DNA of 64,000 nucleotides from Oscillospiraceae bacterium (GTDB lineage Bacteria; Bacillota; Clostridia; Oscillospirales; Ruminococcaceae), in assembly GCA_017461245.1 (NCBI GenBank), contig JAFTYW010000036.1, forward strand, positions 17,829 to 81,828, in the 5' to 3' direction. The position numbers and the translations under genes are program-made. The notes below the pieces were generated by a model. It saw only the letters and a program-made list of their open reading frames with translations, was not told the origin of the DNA and made no database searches. The first letter of the stretch is position 1; every line of letters begins with the position of its first letter. Below, piece after piece: positions 26,124 to 36,060 of this stretch.

Positions 26124-27158
26124 TTATCTGTCAAGTTGTTTACTTTCTCTTCTAAGTTGTCCGCAAGCGGCGTTTATATCTGCGCCGAGTTTCCTGCGCA
26201 CAGTTGCAGTTATCTTATGCTTTTCAATTATATTCTTAAATCTCTCTATTGCCTCTTTATCGCTCTTGCGGTAATCCGACTGCTCGATAGTGTTAACGGG
26301 AATAAGATTTACGTGGCAAAGCATTCCCCTAAGAAGCGCGCAGAGCTTTTCGGCGCACTCTGGGCTATCGTTTACGCCCTTTATGAGCGAATACTCAAAC
26401 GAAATTCTGCGGCCGGTTGTTTTTACGTAACTGCGGCAGGCCTCAATAAGCTCGCTTATGGGGTATTTTTTGTTTATCGGCATCATAGAGGTGCGCAGCT
26501 CGTCTGTAGGCGAGTGAATTGAAATGGACAGGGTTATCTGCAGATTACGCTTTGCAAGCTCGTAAATTTTAGGCACAACACCACAGGTGGAAAGCGAGAT
26601 ATTACGCTGACCGATATTAAGCCCCTGCTCGTTTGAGACCATATCGAGAAACTTCATAACATTGTCAAAGTTATCAAGCGGCTCGCCTATTCCCATCAGA
26701 ACGATATGGGAAATTCGCTCGCCTGTATCGGTCTGAGCTCTATAAACCTGTCCCAAAATTTCGCCTGCGGTAAGGTTTCTTACCCTGCCTGCCTTGGTTG
26801 AGGCACAAAAGGTGCAGCCCATAGCGCAGCCAACCTGAGTTGAAACGCAGATGCTGTTGCCGTACTTGTACTTCATAACAACGCTCTCGACGCACTCGCC
26901 GTCCGAGAACTCAAAGAGATATTTTACAGTTCCGTCAATTTTAGAAACAAGCTTTCTTGAAATGGTGGGAACGGCTATAAAAAACTCCTCATTAAGCTTC
27001 TGACGCAGAGCTTTGTCAAGGTTTGTCATTTTATCAAAGCTATCAACATTCTTTTTGTGAAGCCACTCATAGATCTGCTTTGCGCGAAACTTCGGCAGAC
27101 CCATTTGTGCTATCTTTTCCGAAAGCTCATCAAAAGAAAGCGAGCTGATTTCTATCAT
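26124..27158 (-). CDS. rlmN: 23S rRNA/tRNA A2503 C2-methyltransferase (radical SAM)
   Basis: CAMGCTFCAS radical-SAM motif, ...GIGEPLDN..., and a C-terminal ...ACGQL. Confidence 0.9.
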   Translation of the reverse strand: MIEISSLSFDELSEKIAQMGLPKFRAKQIYEWLHKKNVDSFDKMTNLDKALRQKLNEEFFIAVPTISRKLVSKIDGTVKYLFEFSDGECVESVVMKYKYGNSICVSTQVGCAMGCTFCASTKAGRVRNLTAGEILGQVYRAQTDTGERISHIVLMGIGEPLDNFDNVMKFLDMVSNEQGLNIGQRNISLSTCGVVPKIYELAKRNLQITLSISIHSPTDELRTSMMPINKKYPISELIEACRSYVKTTGRRISFEYSLIKGVNDSPECAEKLCALLRGMLCHVNLIPVNTIEQSDYRKSDKEAIERFKNIIEKHKITATVRRKLGADINAACGQLRRESKQLDR

Positions 27159-28429
27159 AGAATTTCGTCCTTTTTAACAAGTTTTGCGACGAAGAAGCCG
27201 TCGCACCCGTCTGTATCGGGGAAATATGTTTTTTGTGATTCTAAAGAAAACTCGATGTTTTGCTTTAAAAACTTTTCAACGACCGCCTCGTTTTCCCTTT
27301 TGTTAAGTGTGCAGGTGGAATAAACTAAGATTCCGCCGTTTCCAAGATATTTTGCCGAGGTACTAAGTATCGAATACTGAATGTCAAAAAGCTCGTTGGG
27401 GTCAATGTTTTTGTATCTGATCTCAGGCTTTTTGCCGATAACGCCAAGTCCCGAGCAGACCACATCGCAGAGAACTCTGTCAAATTTTCCAAGCTTCTCA
27501 TTATAAATGCTTGCATCATTAACGGTAGGCTCGATATTTTTAAGAGAAAGCCTTTCTGCACCTTTTTTGATAAGGTTTACCCTATTTTCATAAAGGTCGC
27601 AGGAAACGACTTTGCAATTATTCCCTGCCGAAAGAGCAAGCGTAAAGCTTTTGCCGCCGGGTGCGGCGCAGACGTCTAAAATGCGGCTCGCGCCTTTGGG
27701 ACTCAGCGCACTACAACAAAGTTGCGATGCCAAGTCCTGCACATAAAAATGCCCATCATTAAATTCTTTTGTTTGCAAAAGTGCTCCTACATTTGAAACA
27801 AGCGCACAGCCCTCTATATCACTAACAGCTTCAATATGTACGTTCTGCTTCGAAAGAGCCTCGGAAAGCTCGCTGAGTGAAGTCTTTTGAGTGTTAACTC
27901 TTATATAGGTCGGCGTTTCGCTGCTGAAAGCAGATAAAATCTGCTCTGCCCGCTCCTTTCCGTACTGCTCCTTTAAAAGCGCGTAGATGCTATTATCAAC
28001 TGACAAGGCAACGCTTTTATCTTTAGGCTGACATATTTCTTTGTTTTGTCTGATTTTTGCCCTTAGGAGCGCATTTACAAAGCCAGATGCCGATTTTTTC
28101 TTTGTAAAGTTACATAACTTTACACTTTCATTTACCGCCGCACTATCGGGAACGCTCTCCAAAAACAAAAGCTGATACATTCCCATTCTAAGAATGTTAA
28201 GAATATCTATATCGAGTTTTGCTATCGGGCGCTTTGAAAGAGGTGCTATATTGAAATCCAAAAGCAATTTCTTTTCAAGAACGCCGTAAAAAAGGCGGCT
28301 GGCAAACGACCTATCCTCGCGGGAGAGCTCGTTTTTTTCAAGCAGAGCATTAAGAACTATATTAGAATAGCCGCCGTCCTTTTCCATGCGGTTTAGCGCC
28401 ATTAAACTAATTTGTCTTGCGGTTTTCAT
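27155..28429 (-). CDS. rsmB: 16S rRNA m5C967 methyltransferase
   Basis: An NusB-like N-terminus plus ...DVCAAPGGKS... and ...CSGLG... motifs. Confidence 0.85.
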   Translation of the reverse strand: MKTARQISLMALNRMEKDGGYSNIVLNALLEKNELSREDRSFASRLFYGVLEKKLLLDFNIAPLSKRPIAKLDIDILNILRMGMYQLLFLESVPDSAAVNESVKLCNFTKKKSASGFVNALLRAKIRQNKEICQPKDKSVALSVDNSIYALLKEQYGKERAEQILSAFSSETPTYIRVNTQKTSLSELSEALSKQNVHIEAVSDIEGCALVSNVGALLQTKEFNDGHFYVQDLASQLCCSALSPKGASRILDVCAAPGGKSFTLALSAGNNCKVVSCDLYENRVNLIKKGAERLSLKNIEPTVNDASIYNEKLGKFDRVLCDVVCSGLGVIGKKPEIRYKNIDPNELFDIQYSILSTSAKYLGNGGILVYSTCTLNKRENEAVVEKFLKQNIEFSLESQKTYFPDTDGCDGFFVAKLVKKDEIL

Positions 28430-29121
28430 CGTCTGTCTCGTCCTCTTGCAAGAAGTATAAATCTAAGCAGGTTGGCAAGGGTTGATATAAGTGCAGCAAC
28501 ATAGGTCATAGCCGCCGCAGAAAGAACCTTTCTTGCGCCTTTCAGTTCATCATCTGAAAGGATTGCCATTGATGAGAGCGTGACCAGCGCTCTGCCGCTT
28601 GCGTTAAACTCAACAGGCAGGGTTACAAGCTGGAAAAGAGCGATAGCGCTGTAAAGTATTATACCTATCCAGACAAGCGGTTCAAAAGAAAATAAAATAC
28701 CAAAAATTATAATGATGGGAGCAAAGGAGCTGCCGAAATTTGCGATGGGAATTATACTGTTTCTAATCTTTATGGGCAGATATTTTTCGGCGTGCTGAAC
28801 GGCGTGACCCGCCTCGTGAGCGGCAACGCCTATCGCGGCAACAGAATTACTGCCATACACCGAGTCTGAAAGACGGATTACATTTGTTCTCGGGTCATAA
28901 TGGTCGGTAAGATTGCCGCTGACCCTCTCAACTGCGACATTATAAAGGCCGTTACTATCCAAAATCCTTCTTGTAACATCGGCGGCAGTAAAGCCCATGG
29001 CGCTTGCCTGCTTACTGTATTTTCTGAAGGTTGTGGTAACCTTAGTCTGTGCAATAAGCGCAATAATAATGGTTGGCACTACAAGGATAAGATACCAATA
29101 GTCCATATAAAAAAACGGCAT
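28426..29121 (-). CDS. Membrane zinc metallopeptidase (PF04298-like)
   Basis: HEAGHAVQH motif with flanking TM segments. Confidence 0.8.
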   Translation of the reverse strand: MPFFYMDYWYLILVVPTIIIALIAQTKVTTTFRKYSKQASAMGFTAADVTRRILDSNGLYNVAVERVSGNLTDHYDPRTNVIRLSDSVYGSNSVAAIGVAAHEAGHAVQHAEKYLPIKIRNSIIPIANFGSSFAPIIIIFGILFSFEPLVWIGIILYSAIALFQLVTLPVEFNASGRALVTLSSMAILSDDELKGARKVLSAAAMTYVAALISTLANLLRFILLARGRDRR

Positions 29122-29135
29122 TACAAATTTCCTTT

Positions 29136-30056
29136 CTACTCAAACTTGAGCCCAAGAGAAAGCCTTTTTCCTCTCAAAAACTCCTCGCCACTCTGCGCCT
29201 TGGAGCCCTCGATCTGCACCTCTAAAAACTCGACAGAGCCGTCAGCACAGCCTACTATAAACTTCTTTTCATCCAAAAGCGTGCCTATCTCACCGCTTTT
29301 ATCGCAAGGTGTGGCTCTATAGACCTTAAGCCTTTTTCCCTCAAGAGAGGTCAAGGCTATCGGCCAGGGATTAAGGCCGCAAACAAGCGAGCAGATCTCC
29401 TTTTTGGTTTTAGAAAAGTCTATAACCGCAAGCTCTTTGTTTAGCATTGGAGCATAGGTCGACTCAGCGTCGTTCTGCTTTTTTCTCGGCGCCTTTCCCT
29501 CTTTTAAAAGCTCAATAGTCTTAACTAAAAGCTCGGCGCCCATAGGAGCAAGGCGCTCGTAAAGCTCACCTGAGGTCTCTAAAGGGAGAATTTCGGTTTT
29601 CTCTGTTAAGATAATATCCCCCGTATCAAGCCCTTTATCCATATACATTGTGGTCACGCCAGCATACTTCTCGCCGTTTATGACCGACCACTGAATAGGT
29701 GCAGCTCCGCGAAGCTTTGGAAGTAGCGATCCGTGAACGTTTATGCAGCCAAGCGGCGCTAAGCTCAAAATCGACTCGGGGATTATTTTTCCGTAAGCCA
29801 CGACGGCAATAACATCGGGCTTTAGCTCCTTAATAATTCCCTCTGCAACGCCATCTTTCAGCATTTCGGGCTGATAGACAGGAATGTTATTTTCCTGTGC
29901 TAACACCTTTACGGGCGGCGCGGTCAGCACCCTTTTTCTGCCTACGGGTTTATCGGGCTGGGTGAATGCCGCTAAAATATTATATCCCGCATCAATGAGC
30001 GCTTTAAGTGATGCGGCGGCAAAATCGGGGGTTCCCATAAAAACTATATTCATCAT
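29136..30056 (-). CDS. fmt: Methionyl-tRNA formyltransferase
   Basis: IVFMGTPDFA...NVHGSLLPKLRGAAPIQ. Confidence 0.9.
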   Translation of the reverse strand: MMNIVFMGTPDFAAASLKALIDAGYNILAAFTQPDKPVGRKRVLTAPPVKVLAQENNIPVYQPEMLKDGVAEGIIKELKPDVIAVVAYGKIIPESILSLAPLGCINVHGSLLPKLRGAAPIQWSVINGEKYAGVTTMYMDKGLDTGDIILTEKTEILPLETSGELYERLAPMGAELLVKTIELLKEGKAPRKKQNDAESTYAPMLNKELAVIDFSKTKKEICSLVCGLNPWPIALTSLEGKRLKVYRATPCDKSGEIGTLLDEKKFIVGCADGSVEFLEVQIEGSKAQSGEEFLRGKRLSLGLKFE

Positions 30057-30068
30057 TTTTCTCCGTTT

Positions 30069-30527
30069 TTATTTTACAATATGAAGATCTCTTGCAAGGT
30101 CTATAAACACCTTGCCGTCAAGGTGGTCGGTCTCGTGGCAGAGAGCGCGAGCAAGAAGCTCCTGCCCTGTTATCTCAAACTGCTTGCCGTGTCTATCGAA
30201 GGCGCGGACGGTTACTTTATTGGGGCGCTTTACGTCTCCGTATTTTCTCGGGAAGGAAAGGCAACCCTCCTGCCCGTCCTGCTCGCCCGAGGTCTTAATA
30301 ACTTCGGGATTGATAAGCTCGATAAGTCCGTTCTCGTCCTCAATATCAATTACAACGGCACGGCGCAGAACGCCAACCTGAATTGCCGCAAGGCCGACAC
30401 CATTTGTACTATACATAGTTTCGGCCATATCGTCGAGAAGCATCCATAATTTTTCATCGAATTTTTCGACAGGCTTACATTTCTTTCTCAAAAATTCCTC
30501 ATCGGTCACGATCTGTCTTATAGCCAC
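30069..30527 (-). CDS. def: Peptide deformylase
   Basis: GVGLAAIQ, EGCLSFP and HETDHL motifs. I prefer the GTG at 30527 (SD GGGAGA 7 nt upstream), which gives the canonical (M)AIRQIV N-terminus. The ATG at 30542 is an alternative. Confidence 0.9.
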   Translation of the reverse strand: MAIRQIVTDEEFLRKKCKPVEKFDEKLWMLLDDMAETMYSTNGVGLAAIQVGVLRRAVVIDIEDENGLIELINPEVIKTSGEQDGQEGCLSFPRKYGDVKRPNKVTVRAFDRHGKQFEITGQELLARALCHETDHLDGKVFIDLARDLHIVK

Positions 30528-30543
30528 AGTTATTTCTCCCATT

Positions 30544-32997
30544 CTACAAATTACCGACGTCATTTAAGTCGGCATAAACCGTTACATCGCGGTTAAGTCT
30601 ATTATTCTGAAAAGCCTTGAGCCACCTTAGCATAAAGGCGCGGAAGGTCTTATCGTTTCTGCATTTTATTATAAGGCGGTAGCGGTATTTTCCGCCAACC
30701 TTTACAACGTTCATAGGCGAGGGGCCGAGGACTCTGATAGGCACGCCCTGCTCCTCCAGATTTGACTCCTTTATAAGCTCTACAAACCTTTTTGCGCCCG
30801 CCTCAGCGTTTTTATGCGAGGGGGAAACAAAGCCGACAACGCAAAGGTCGCAAAACGGCGGGTAAAGCATAGCCTTTCTTGTTACTATCTCCTCATTGAA
30901 AAAGCCTTCGTAATCCTGCTCGGCTGCAAGGGCAATTACAGGGTTTTGCGGGGTCACGCTCTGTATAACAGCTCTTCCCGCGCTCTCGCCGCGCCCGCTC
31001 CTGCCGACTACTTGAGTTATAAGCGAGAAAGCTCGCTCGTAGGCGCGAAAATCATTGGAATAGAGCGTTTGGTCGGCGTTTAAAACGCCGACGAGGGTAA
31101 CGCGGGGAAAGTTTAGTCCCTTAGCCACCATCTGAGTGCCGACCAGAATGTCATACTCGCCGCGCTCAAAGGCATCAAACTGCTTTTGATGTGCGGCTTT
31201 TCCGCTTGTGTTATCCATATCCATTCTAAGAATTCTCGCCTCGGGGAACAGAATGGAAAGCTCATCCTCTACCCTCTGGGTGCCTTGGCCACGGTAAAAC
31301 ATTCGCTTACTGCCGCAGTTTTTACACTCGGTATGAAGCTCGGTGCTGTATCCGCAGTAGTGGCACATAAGGCGGTTGTTCTTTTTATGGTATGTAAGGG
31401 CAATACTGCAATTGGGGCAGGATACGACCTGCTTGCAGTCACCGCAGGAGGCTATTGTGTGGTAGCCGCGGCGGTTATATAAAAGGATAGTTTGTTCTTT
31501 ATTTTTAAGGTTTTTATCAATTTCCTCTAAAAGCGTACTGCTGAAAGCGGTATCTCGCAGAGCCAGATCTCTATCGCTCATATCAACGACGGTCACCTGC
31601 GGCAAAACGGCGTTTCCGTATCTCTCGCCGAGCTTAAAGAGGTGATACCTGCCGCTTTCGGCATAGTGAAAACTGTCTACCGACGGGGTTGCAGAAGCAA
31701 GCAGCAGAAGCGCATTGTTTTTAGCACATCTGAACTTTGCTACCTCGCGGGCGTGATACCTCGGGGAGCTTTCAGACTTATAGGTGTTCTCCTGCTCCTC
31801 GTCCATAACTATTATGCCGATATTTGAAAGGGGTGCAAAAACGGCCGAGCGAGTTCCAACAACAACGCTTACTTCGCCGTTTTTAATTCTCTTAAACTGG
31901 TCGTATCTCTCGCCTATCGAAAGGCCGCTGTGTATAACGGCGACCGACGAACCGAAATATCTGTAAAAGAGCTTTACCGTCTGGGGAGTCAGTGAAATTT
32001 CGGGCACCATAACGATTGCCTGCCTGCCCTTTTTGACCGTTTGGTTTATAAGATGCAGGAAAACCTGGGTTTTTCCGCTGCCTGTAACTCCGTAAAGCAG
32101 CGCCGCCTCGGGTTTGCCCGAGTTAAGCAGTTCTAAGATGCCGTTATAAGCCTTTTTCTGAGTTTCGGAGAGCTCAAGTTCGTCGAACGAGCCTTGCTGC
32201 TGGCCGCTTGGCTCAATGCGCATAACTTCCTCGTCAAAAAGCTCGACCACGCCTTTTTTGGAAAGAGTGCTCAAAACCGCAGGGGTAACTCCCGTAAAAT
32301 AGCAGACGTCCTTAACAGATGCCTGCCCGACATCGCGCAACACATTTACAACAGAAAGTTGCTTTGCGGTTAGACCTTCCTGTGAAAAGTCCTCGCAAAG
32401 CCTTGCAGTCTTTATAGTTTTGTCACCTATGCCTTTAGAGGCGGTGTCAATTTTGCGGATAACGCCCGCATTTATAAGGCTTTTTAAAACGTTGTCATTT
32501 AAATATCCAAAGCGCTCCAAGAGCTTTTTTTGCGCTATAGGCTTTGCCGCGGCGGCAATTTCCCTGTAAACTCGGAGTTCTTCCTCGGAAAGCTCGCTCA
32601 GGTTGCCTGCGTCGGTTTTTTCATAGCACTCCGTAAGGCGCAGGTGCATACCCGACGGAAGCTGGACCTTAACCGCCTCGTAAAGCGGGCAAAAAGTGTT
32701 TTGCGACATCCAGACAGCGAGCTTAAGCTGCTCCTCTGACATAACGGGCACCTCGTCCAAAACCGCGGTTATGGCTTTAAGGCTTGATATTTCTGCCTTT
32801 TGTGAAACCTCAAAGATCATTCCGATTTTTTTGATATTTGCTCTGCCAAACGGTACGAGAACCCTGCAGCCGACCTTTGCAAAGTCGCAAAGCTCGCTAG
32901 GCACAGAATAATCAAACAGCGCATCAAACGAAAGAGCGGTATTTTCTACCGCAACTTTAACAATTTTAAGTTCCGACAAAAAAACCGCCCTCCTCAT
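30544..32997 (-). CDS. priA: Primosomal replication-restart helicase PriA
   Basis: GVTGSGKT Walker A, DEEQ, and a Cys-rich zinc region CGDC...CPNC...CHYCG...CKNCG. The true start may be the TTG at 32979, which follows GAGGAGGG. Confidence 0.9.
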   Translation of the reverse strand: MRRAVFLSELKIVKVAVENTALSFDALFDYSVPSELCDFAKVGCRVLVPFGRANIKKIGMIFEVSQKAEISSLKAITAVLDEVPVMSEEQLKLAVWMSQNTFCPLYEAVKVQLPSGMHLRLTECYEKTDAGNLSELSEEELRVYREIAAAAKPIAQKKLLERFGYLNDNVLKSLINAGVIRKIDTASKGIGDKTIKTARLCEDFSQEGLTAKQLSVVNVLRDVGQASVKDVCYFTGVTPAVLSTLSKKGVVELFDEEVMRIEPSGQQQGSFDELELSETQKKAYNGILELLNSGKPEAALLYGVTGSGKTQVFLHLINQTVKKGRQAIVMVPEISLTPQTVKLFYRYFGSSVAVIHSGLSIGERYDQFKRIKNGEVSVVVGTRSAVFAPLSNIGIIVMDEEQENTYKSESSPRYHAREVAKFRCAKNNALLLLASATPSVDSFHYAESGRYHLFKLGERYGNAVLPQVTVVDMSDRDLALRDTAFSSTLLEEIDKNLKNKEQTILLYNRRGYHTIASCGDCKQVVSCPNCSIALTYHKKNNRLMCHYCGYSTELHTECKNCGSKRMFYRGQGTQRVEDELSILFPEARILRMDMDNTSGKAAHQKQFDAFERGEYDILVGTQMVAKGLNFPRVTLVGVLNADQTLYSNDFRAYERAFSLITQVVGRSGRGESAGRAVIQSVTPQNPVIALAAEQDYEGFFNEEIVTRKAMLYPPFCDLCVVGFVSPSHKNAEAGAKRFVELIKESNLEEQGVPIRVLGPSPMNVVKVGGKYRYRLIIKCRNDKTFRAFMLRWLKAFQNNRLNRDVTVYADLNDVGNL

Positions 32998-33016
32998 TTA
33001 AATTTAGGTTTGTTTA

Positions 33017-33223
33017 TTAGCCTTTGCTTTCCTCGGTTTCAACAAACTCATACTTTCCATCGTGAAACTCGTTAACAGCAAGGTCTACCGGCTTTTCGTC
33101 AAGAAGAACGCCGCTGTCCATAGCGGTTTCGGCAATATCTCTTGCTCTTTTTGCAACAGCTATTACAAAAGAATAATAGCTCTGTCCGTCTTTAAGAATA
33201 TCGTTCATAGCAGGTCTTAACAT
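33017..33223 (-). CDS. rpoZ: RNA polymerase omega subunit
   Basis: 68 aa. ...SYYSFVIAVAKRARDI... Confidence 0.8.
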   Translation of the reverse strand: MLRPAMNDILKDGQSYYSFVIAVAKRARDIAETAMDSGVLLDEKPVDLAVNEFHDGKYEFVETEESKG

Positions 33224-33242
33224 ATTTATTTACTCCTTTAAA

Positions 33243-33797
33243 TTAGTCTTTTAAAATATCAAGAATGCGGTTTGCCGCATTATCAACATCGTCATTGCAG
33301 ACGACGTAGTCGTACTCTTTGGCGTGAGCCATTTCGCCCTTTGCAATAGCGAGCCTTTTCTGTATTACCTCTTCGCACTCGGTATTGCGTTTTCTGAGCC
33401 TGCGCTCAACCTCTTCTTCAGAGGGGGCGACCATAAAAACAGTTATGGCGTCTGGTAGCTTTTTCTTTACCTGCATAGCTCCGTCGACCTCGATTTCAAG
33501 GATAACTGTCTTGCCGTTATTCTGAAGGTCACGAACGTGGCTCTTGAGCGTTCCGTAATAATTGCCGTTATACTGAGTATATTCAAGCATACGGTCATTT
33601 TTAATATTATCCTCAAACTCCTCACGGGTTATGTAGAAATAATGAACGCCGTGCTCCTCGCCCTCGCGCATCTGCCTTGTTGTTGCAGAAACCGAAACAG
33701 CGATCTTCTCGTCAAGGGTTAAAAGGTGCTTTACAACCGTTCCCTTTCCGACTCCCGAGGGGCCCGAAATAATTATAACCTTACCTTTATTCTCCAT
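33243..33797 (-). CDS. gmk: Guanylate kinase
   Basis: [12 protein letters not shown]-loop. ATG at 33797 ([10 protein letters not shown]) with SD GGAGAGGA. It overlaps the remA end. Confidence 0.9.
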   Translation of the reverse strand: MENKGKVIIISGPSGVGKGTVVKHLLTLDEKIAVSVSATTRQMREGEEHGVHYFYITREEFEDNIKNDRMLEYTQYNGNYYGTLKSHVRDLQNNGKTVILEIEVDGAMQVKKKLPDAITVFMVAPSEEEVERRLRKRNTECEEVIQKRLAIAKGEMAHAKEYDYVVCNDDVDNAANRILDILKD

Positions 33798-34053
33798 CGG
33801 CTTCGTCCTCTCCGTCCTCTTTACTGCCAAATCTGTTTCCAATAGTTTCGGGCTGGAGCGCCGAAAGAATAACGTGCTCGCTATCGGTTATGATGACTGC
33901 TCTTGTTCTTCTGCCGTAGGTAGCATCAATAAGGGTACATCTGTCGCGAGCCTCTTGAATAATGCGCTTGATGGGCGCAGACTCGGGGCTTACGATTGCA
34001 ATAAGGCGGCTTGCAGAAACCATATTTCCAAAGCCTATATTGATAAGTTTCAT
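33787..34053 (-). CDS. remA: RemA/DUF370 family regulator
   Basis: [37 protein letters not shown]... Confidence 0.85.
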   Translation of the reverse strand: MKLINIGFGNMVSASRLIAIVSPESAPIKRIIQEARDRCTLIDATYGRRTRAVIITDSEHVILSALQPETIGNRFGSKEDGEDEADGE

Positions 34054-34074
34054 ATAAGTTACCTCCCCATAGGG

Positions 34075-34953
34075 CTACTGAACGTTCTGAATCTGTTCAC
34101 GGATCTTCTCTATCTCGGACTTAAGGCCGACAACGTATTTTGCGCCCTCGGCATCCTGGCTTTTTGAGCCTATGGTGTTAGCCTCTCGGTTAAACTCCTG
34201 AATGAGAAAATCGAGCTTTTTACCAATCGGCTCGTCATACTCGAGAATTTCTCGAAACTGCGCTATGTGGCTTCTGAGCCTTACAGTCTCCTCATCAACG
34301 GCAACCTTATCTGCAAAAATTGCAACCTCGGTTATGATTCTGCTCTCGTCAATTGACTTAGATTCCAGAACCTCGCTGATCTTTTTAAAGAGCCTCTCGC
34401 GGTATTCTTTTACTCTTTCGGGAGAACGCTTTTCAACCTCGCCTACAAGCTGTTCGATATTTACAAGGCGGGAGAGCAGGTCAGCCTTTAGGTTTTCGCC
34501 CTCGCGCATACGCATCTCGACAAATGCATCGACTGCCTTTTCGGCTACCGACTTAACGTCGTTCCAAAGCTCATCCTCGTCGGTATCGCCCTTTGTTACT
34601 GTGAAAACGTCGGGAAATCTTGCGACAGTTGAAAGTCTTATATCATCAGTTACGCCTAAAGGCTCGCAGAGCTCACGAAGCGCGTCAATATATCCCTTTG
34701 CGACAGGCTCGTTTACTGCTATCTTTGTGTCAGCGGTTTCAACGCTTATAATCGAAACTCCGACCTCTGTCTTACCTCTCGCAACCCTTGACTGAACATA
34801 GGATTTAATTTTCTCTTCCAAAAAGCCATATGCCCTCGGAATCCTTGATGAAAACTCAAAAAAACGGTGGTTTACCGATTTAATCTCAACGGTTATCTCT
34901 CTACCGTTTAGTATTTCGGTATGCTTACCATACCCCGTCATACTGCTTATCAT
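34075..34953 (-). CDS. yicC: YicC-family stress-induced protein
   Basis: MISSMTGYG N-terminus and a C-terminal ...EFNREANTIGSK... motif. Confidence 0.85.
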   Translation of the reverse strand: MISSMTGYGKHTEILNGREITVEIKSVNHRFFEFSSRIPRAYGFLEEKIKSYVQSRVARGKTEVGVSIISVETADTKIAVNEPVAKGYIDALRELCEPLGVTDDIRLSTVARFPDVFTVTKGDTDEDELWNDVKSVAEKAVDAFVEMRMREGENLKADLLSRLVNIEQLVGEVEKRSPERVKEYRERLFKKISEVLESKSIDESRIITEVAIFADKVAVDEETVRLRSHIAQFREILEYDEPIGKKLDFLIQEFNREANTIGSKSQDAEGAKYVVGLKSEIEKIREQIQNVQ

Positions 34954-35033
34954 AAATTCACCCACTTTTAACTGGTTAGTACCTTAAATTTTATCATTTT
35001 CGCTCGCAGAGTGTCAACAAAAATGCAACAAAT

Positions 35034-35822
35034 TTACCTGTTTTCTGCAACATCTGTTATTTCAAAAGATTTTATCTCAAGCGTTTTGCCGCTTTTCTCG
35101 TCTATTTTAAGAAAAACGCAGTCCATCTTGCAGTCGCCCTCAGCGGCATAAAACCTTACAGGAGTGCTATTTTTCATTCTGTCAATGGCGCAGTCGGGTC
35201 TGATGCCGAGAACAGAACATTTAGGCCCCGTCATACCCGCATCGGTTATAAAGCCGAGACCTTTCGGGAATATGGTTGCGTCCGCAGTTCTGACGTGGGT
35301 ATGGGTGCCTATAACGGCGGTTACCCTACCGTCAAGATAATGTGCGAGGGCGGCTTTTTCGCCCGTTGCCTCGGCGTGAAAATCAATTATTATATTTTTG
35401 CAGTTAATTTCTTTAAGGAGTTCATCTATAGCATAAAAAGCATTTGCGTATCCGTCAATATAGGCGTTTCCTATAAGGTTTACAACGCAGACCTGCGTTC
35501 TGCCCATATCGTAAATCACATATCCCCTACCTGCCGCATCACGATTTAATAGGTTGTAGGGGCGGAGCGCATACTCATTTTCTTCCAAGTAATTTAAAAT
35601 TTCGTGGCGGCGGAAGGTGTGATTTCCGCCCGTTATAACGTCGGCACCGCAGGCAAAAAGCTCATCGGCCGACGAGGGCAACATTCCGTTTCCGTTAGCA
35701 GAATTTTCTCCGTTTACTATGCACAGATCAATATTATATTCCTTTTTAAGACGCGGCAGATGCCGTCTTAACATTTTTCTTCCTATATCTGAAACAACAT
35801 CTCCAACAAACAGAATATTCAT
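35034..35822 (-). CDS. ymdB: YmdB-type metallophosphoesterase (2',3'-cyclic-nucleotide phosphodiesterase family)
   Basis: MNILFVGDVV...NGENSANGNG...GNH...DFHAEATGEK. The ATG at 35822 has SD AGAGGTG. The longer track ORF would run through the promoter. Confidence 0.85.
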   Translation of the reverse strand: MNILFVGDVVSDIGRKMLRRHLPRLKKEYNIDLCIVNGENSANGNGMLPSSADELFACGADVITGGNHTFRRHEILNYLEENEYALRPYNLLNRDAAGRGYVIYDMGRTQVCVVNLIGNAYIDGYANAFYAIDELLKEINCKNIIIDFHAEATGEKAALAHYLDGRVTAVIGTHTHVRTADATIFPKGLGFITDAGMTGPKCSVLGIRPDCAIDRMKNSTPVRFYAAEGDCKMDCVFLKIDEKSGKTLEIKSFEITDVAENR

Positions 35823-35841
35823 AGAATCACCTCTTGCTAAA

Positions 35842-35870
35842 ATTATACCACAGTATAAATAAGGTTTCAA
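35842..35870 (-). promoter_or_regulatory. Consensus extended -10 promoter in front of ymdB
   Basis: The minus strand reads TTGAAA, a 17-nt spacer, then (TGg)TATAAT. Confidence 0.6.
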
Positions 35871-35889
35871 CAGTTTCATCACCTTACAA

Positions 35890-36017
35890 AAGGCCCCTTT
35901 GTGTAAAGGGGGCTGTCTGCGAAGCAGACTGGGGGATTGTTTCTGATAATTTCAGTGTTGCAATCCCTCCGTCATTTTCTTACGAAAATGCCACCTCCCT
36001 TTGCACAAGGGAGGCTA
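35890..36017. repeat. Cluster of five short GC-rich hairpins (REP-like intergenic element)
   Basis: CCCCTTT-gtgt-AAAGGGG, GTCTGC-gaa-GCAGAC, GGGATTG...CAATCCC, CATTTTC-tta-GAAAATG and CCTCCCTT-tgcac-AAGGGAGG lie back to back between the rny terminator and the ymdB promoter. Confidence 0.6.
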
Positions 36018-36019
36018 TG

Positions 36020-36051
36020 AAAAATCCCCACCTAAACGGTGGGGATTTTTT
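36020..36051 (-). terminator. Intrinsic terminator of rny
   Basis: AAAAATCCCCACC / GGTGGGGATTTTT with a 5-nt loop. Confidence 0.85.
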
Positions 36052-36060
36052 ATCCTAGTC

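Noticed and set aside
26115-26522. 135-aa plus-strand ORF.
   Set aside because: It is antisense to rlmN.
34202-34795. 197-aa Ser-rich plus-strand ORF.
   Set aside because: It is antisense to yicC, with a low-complexity translation and no RBS.
35834-36058. 74-aa plus-strand ORF across the rny-ymdB spacer.
   Set aside because: It is created by the GC-rich hairpin cluster and terminator, and it starts inside the ymdB promoter region.
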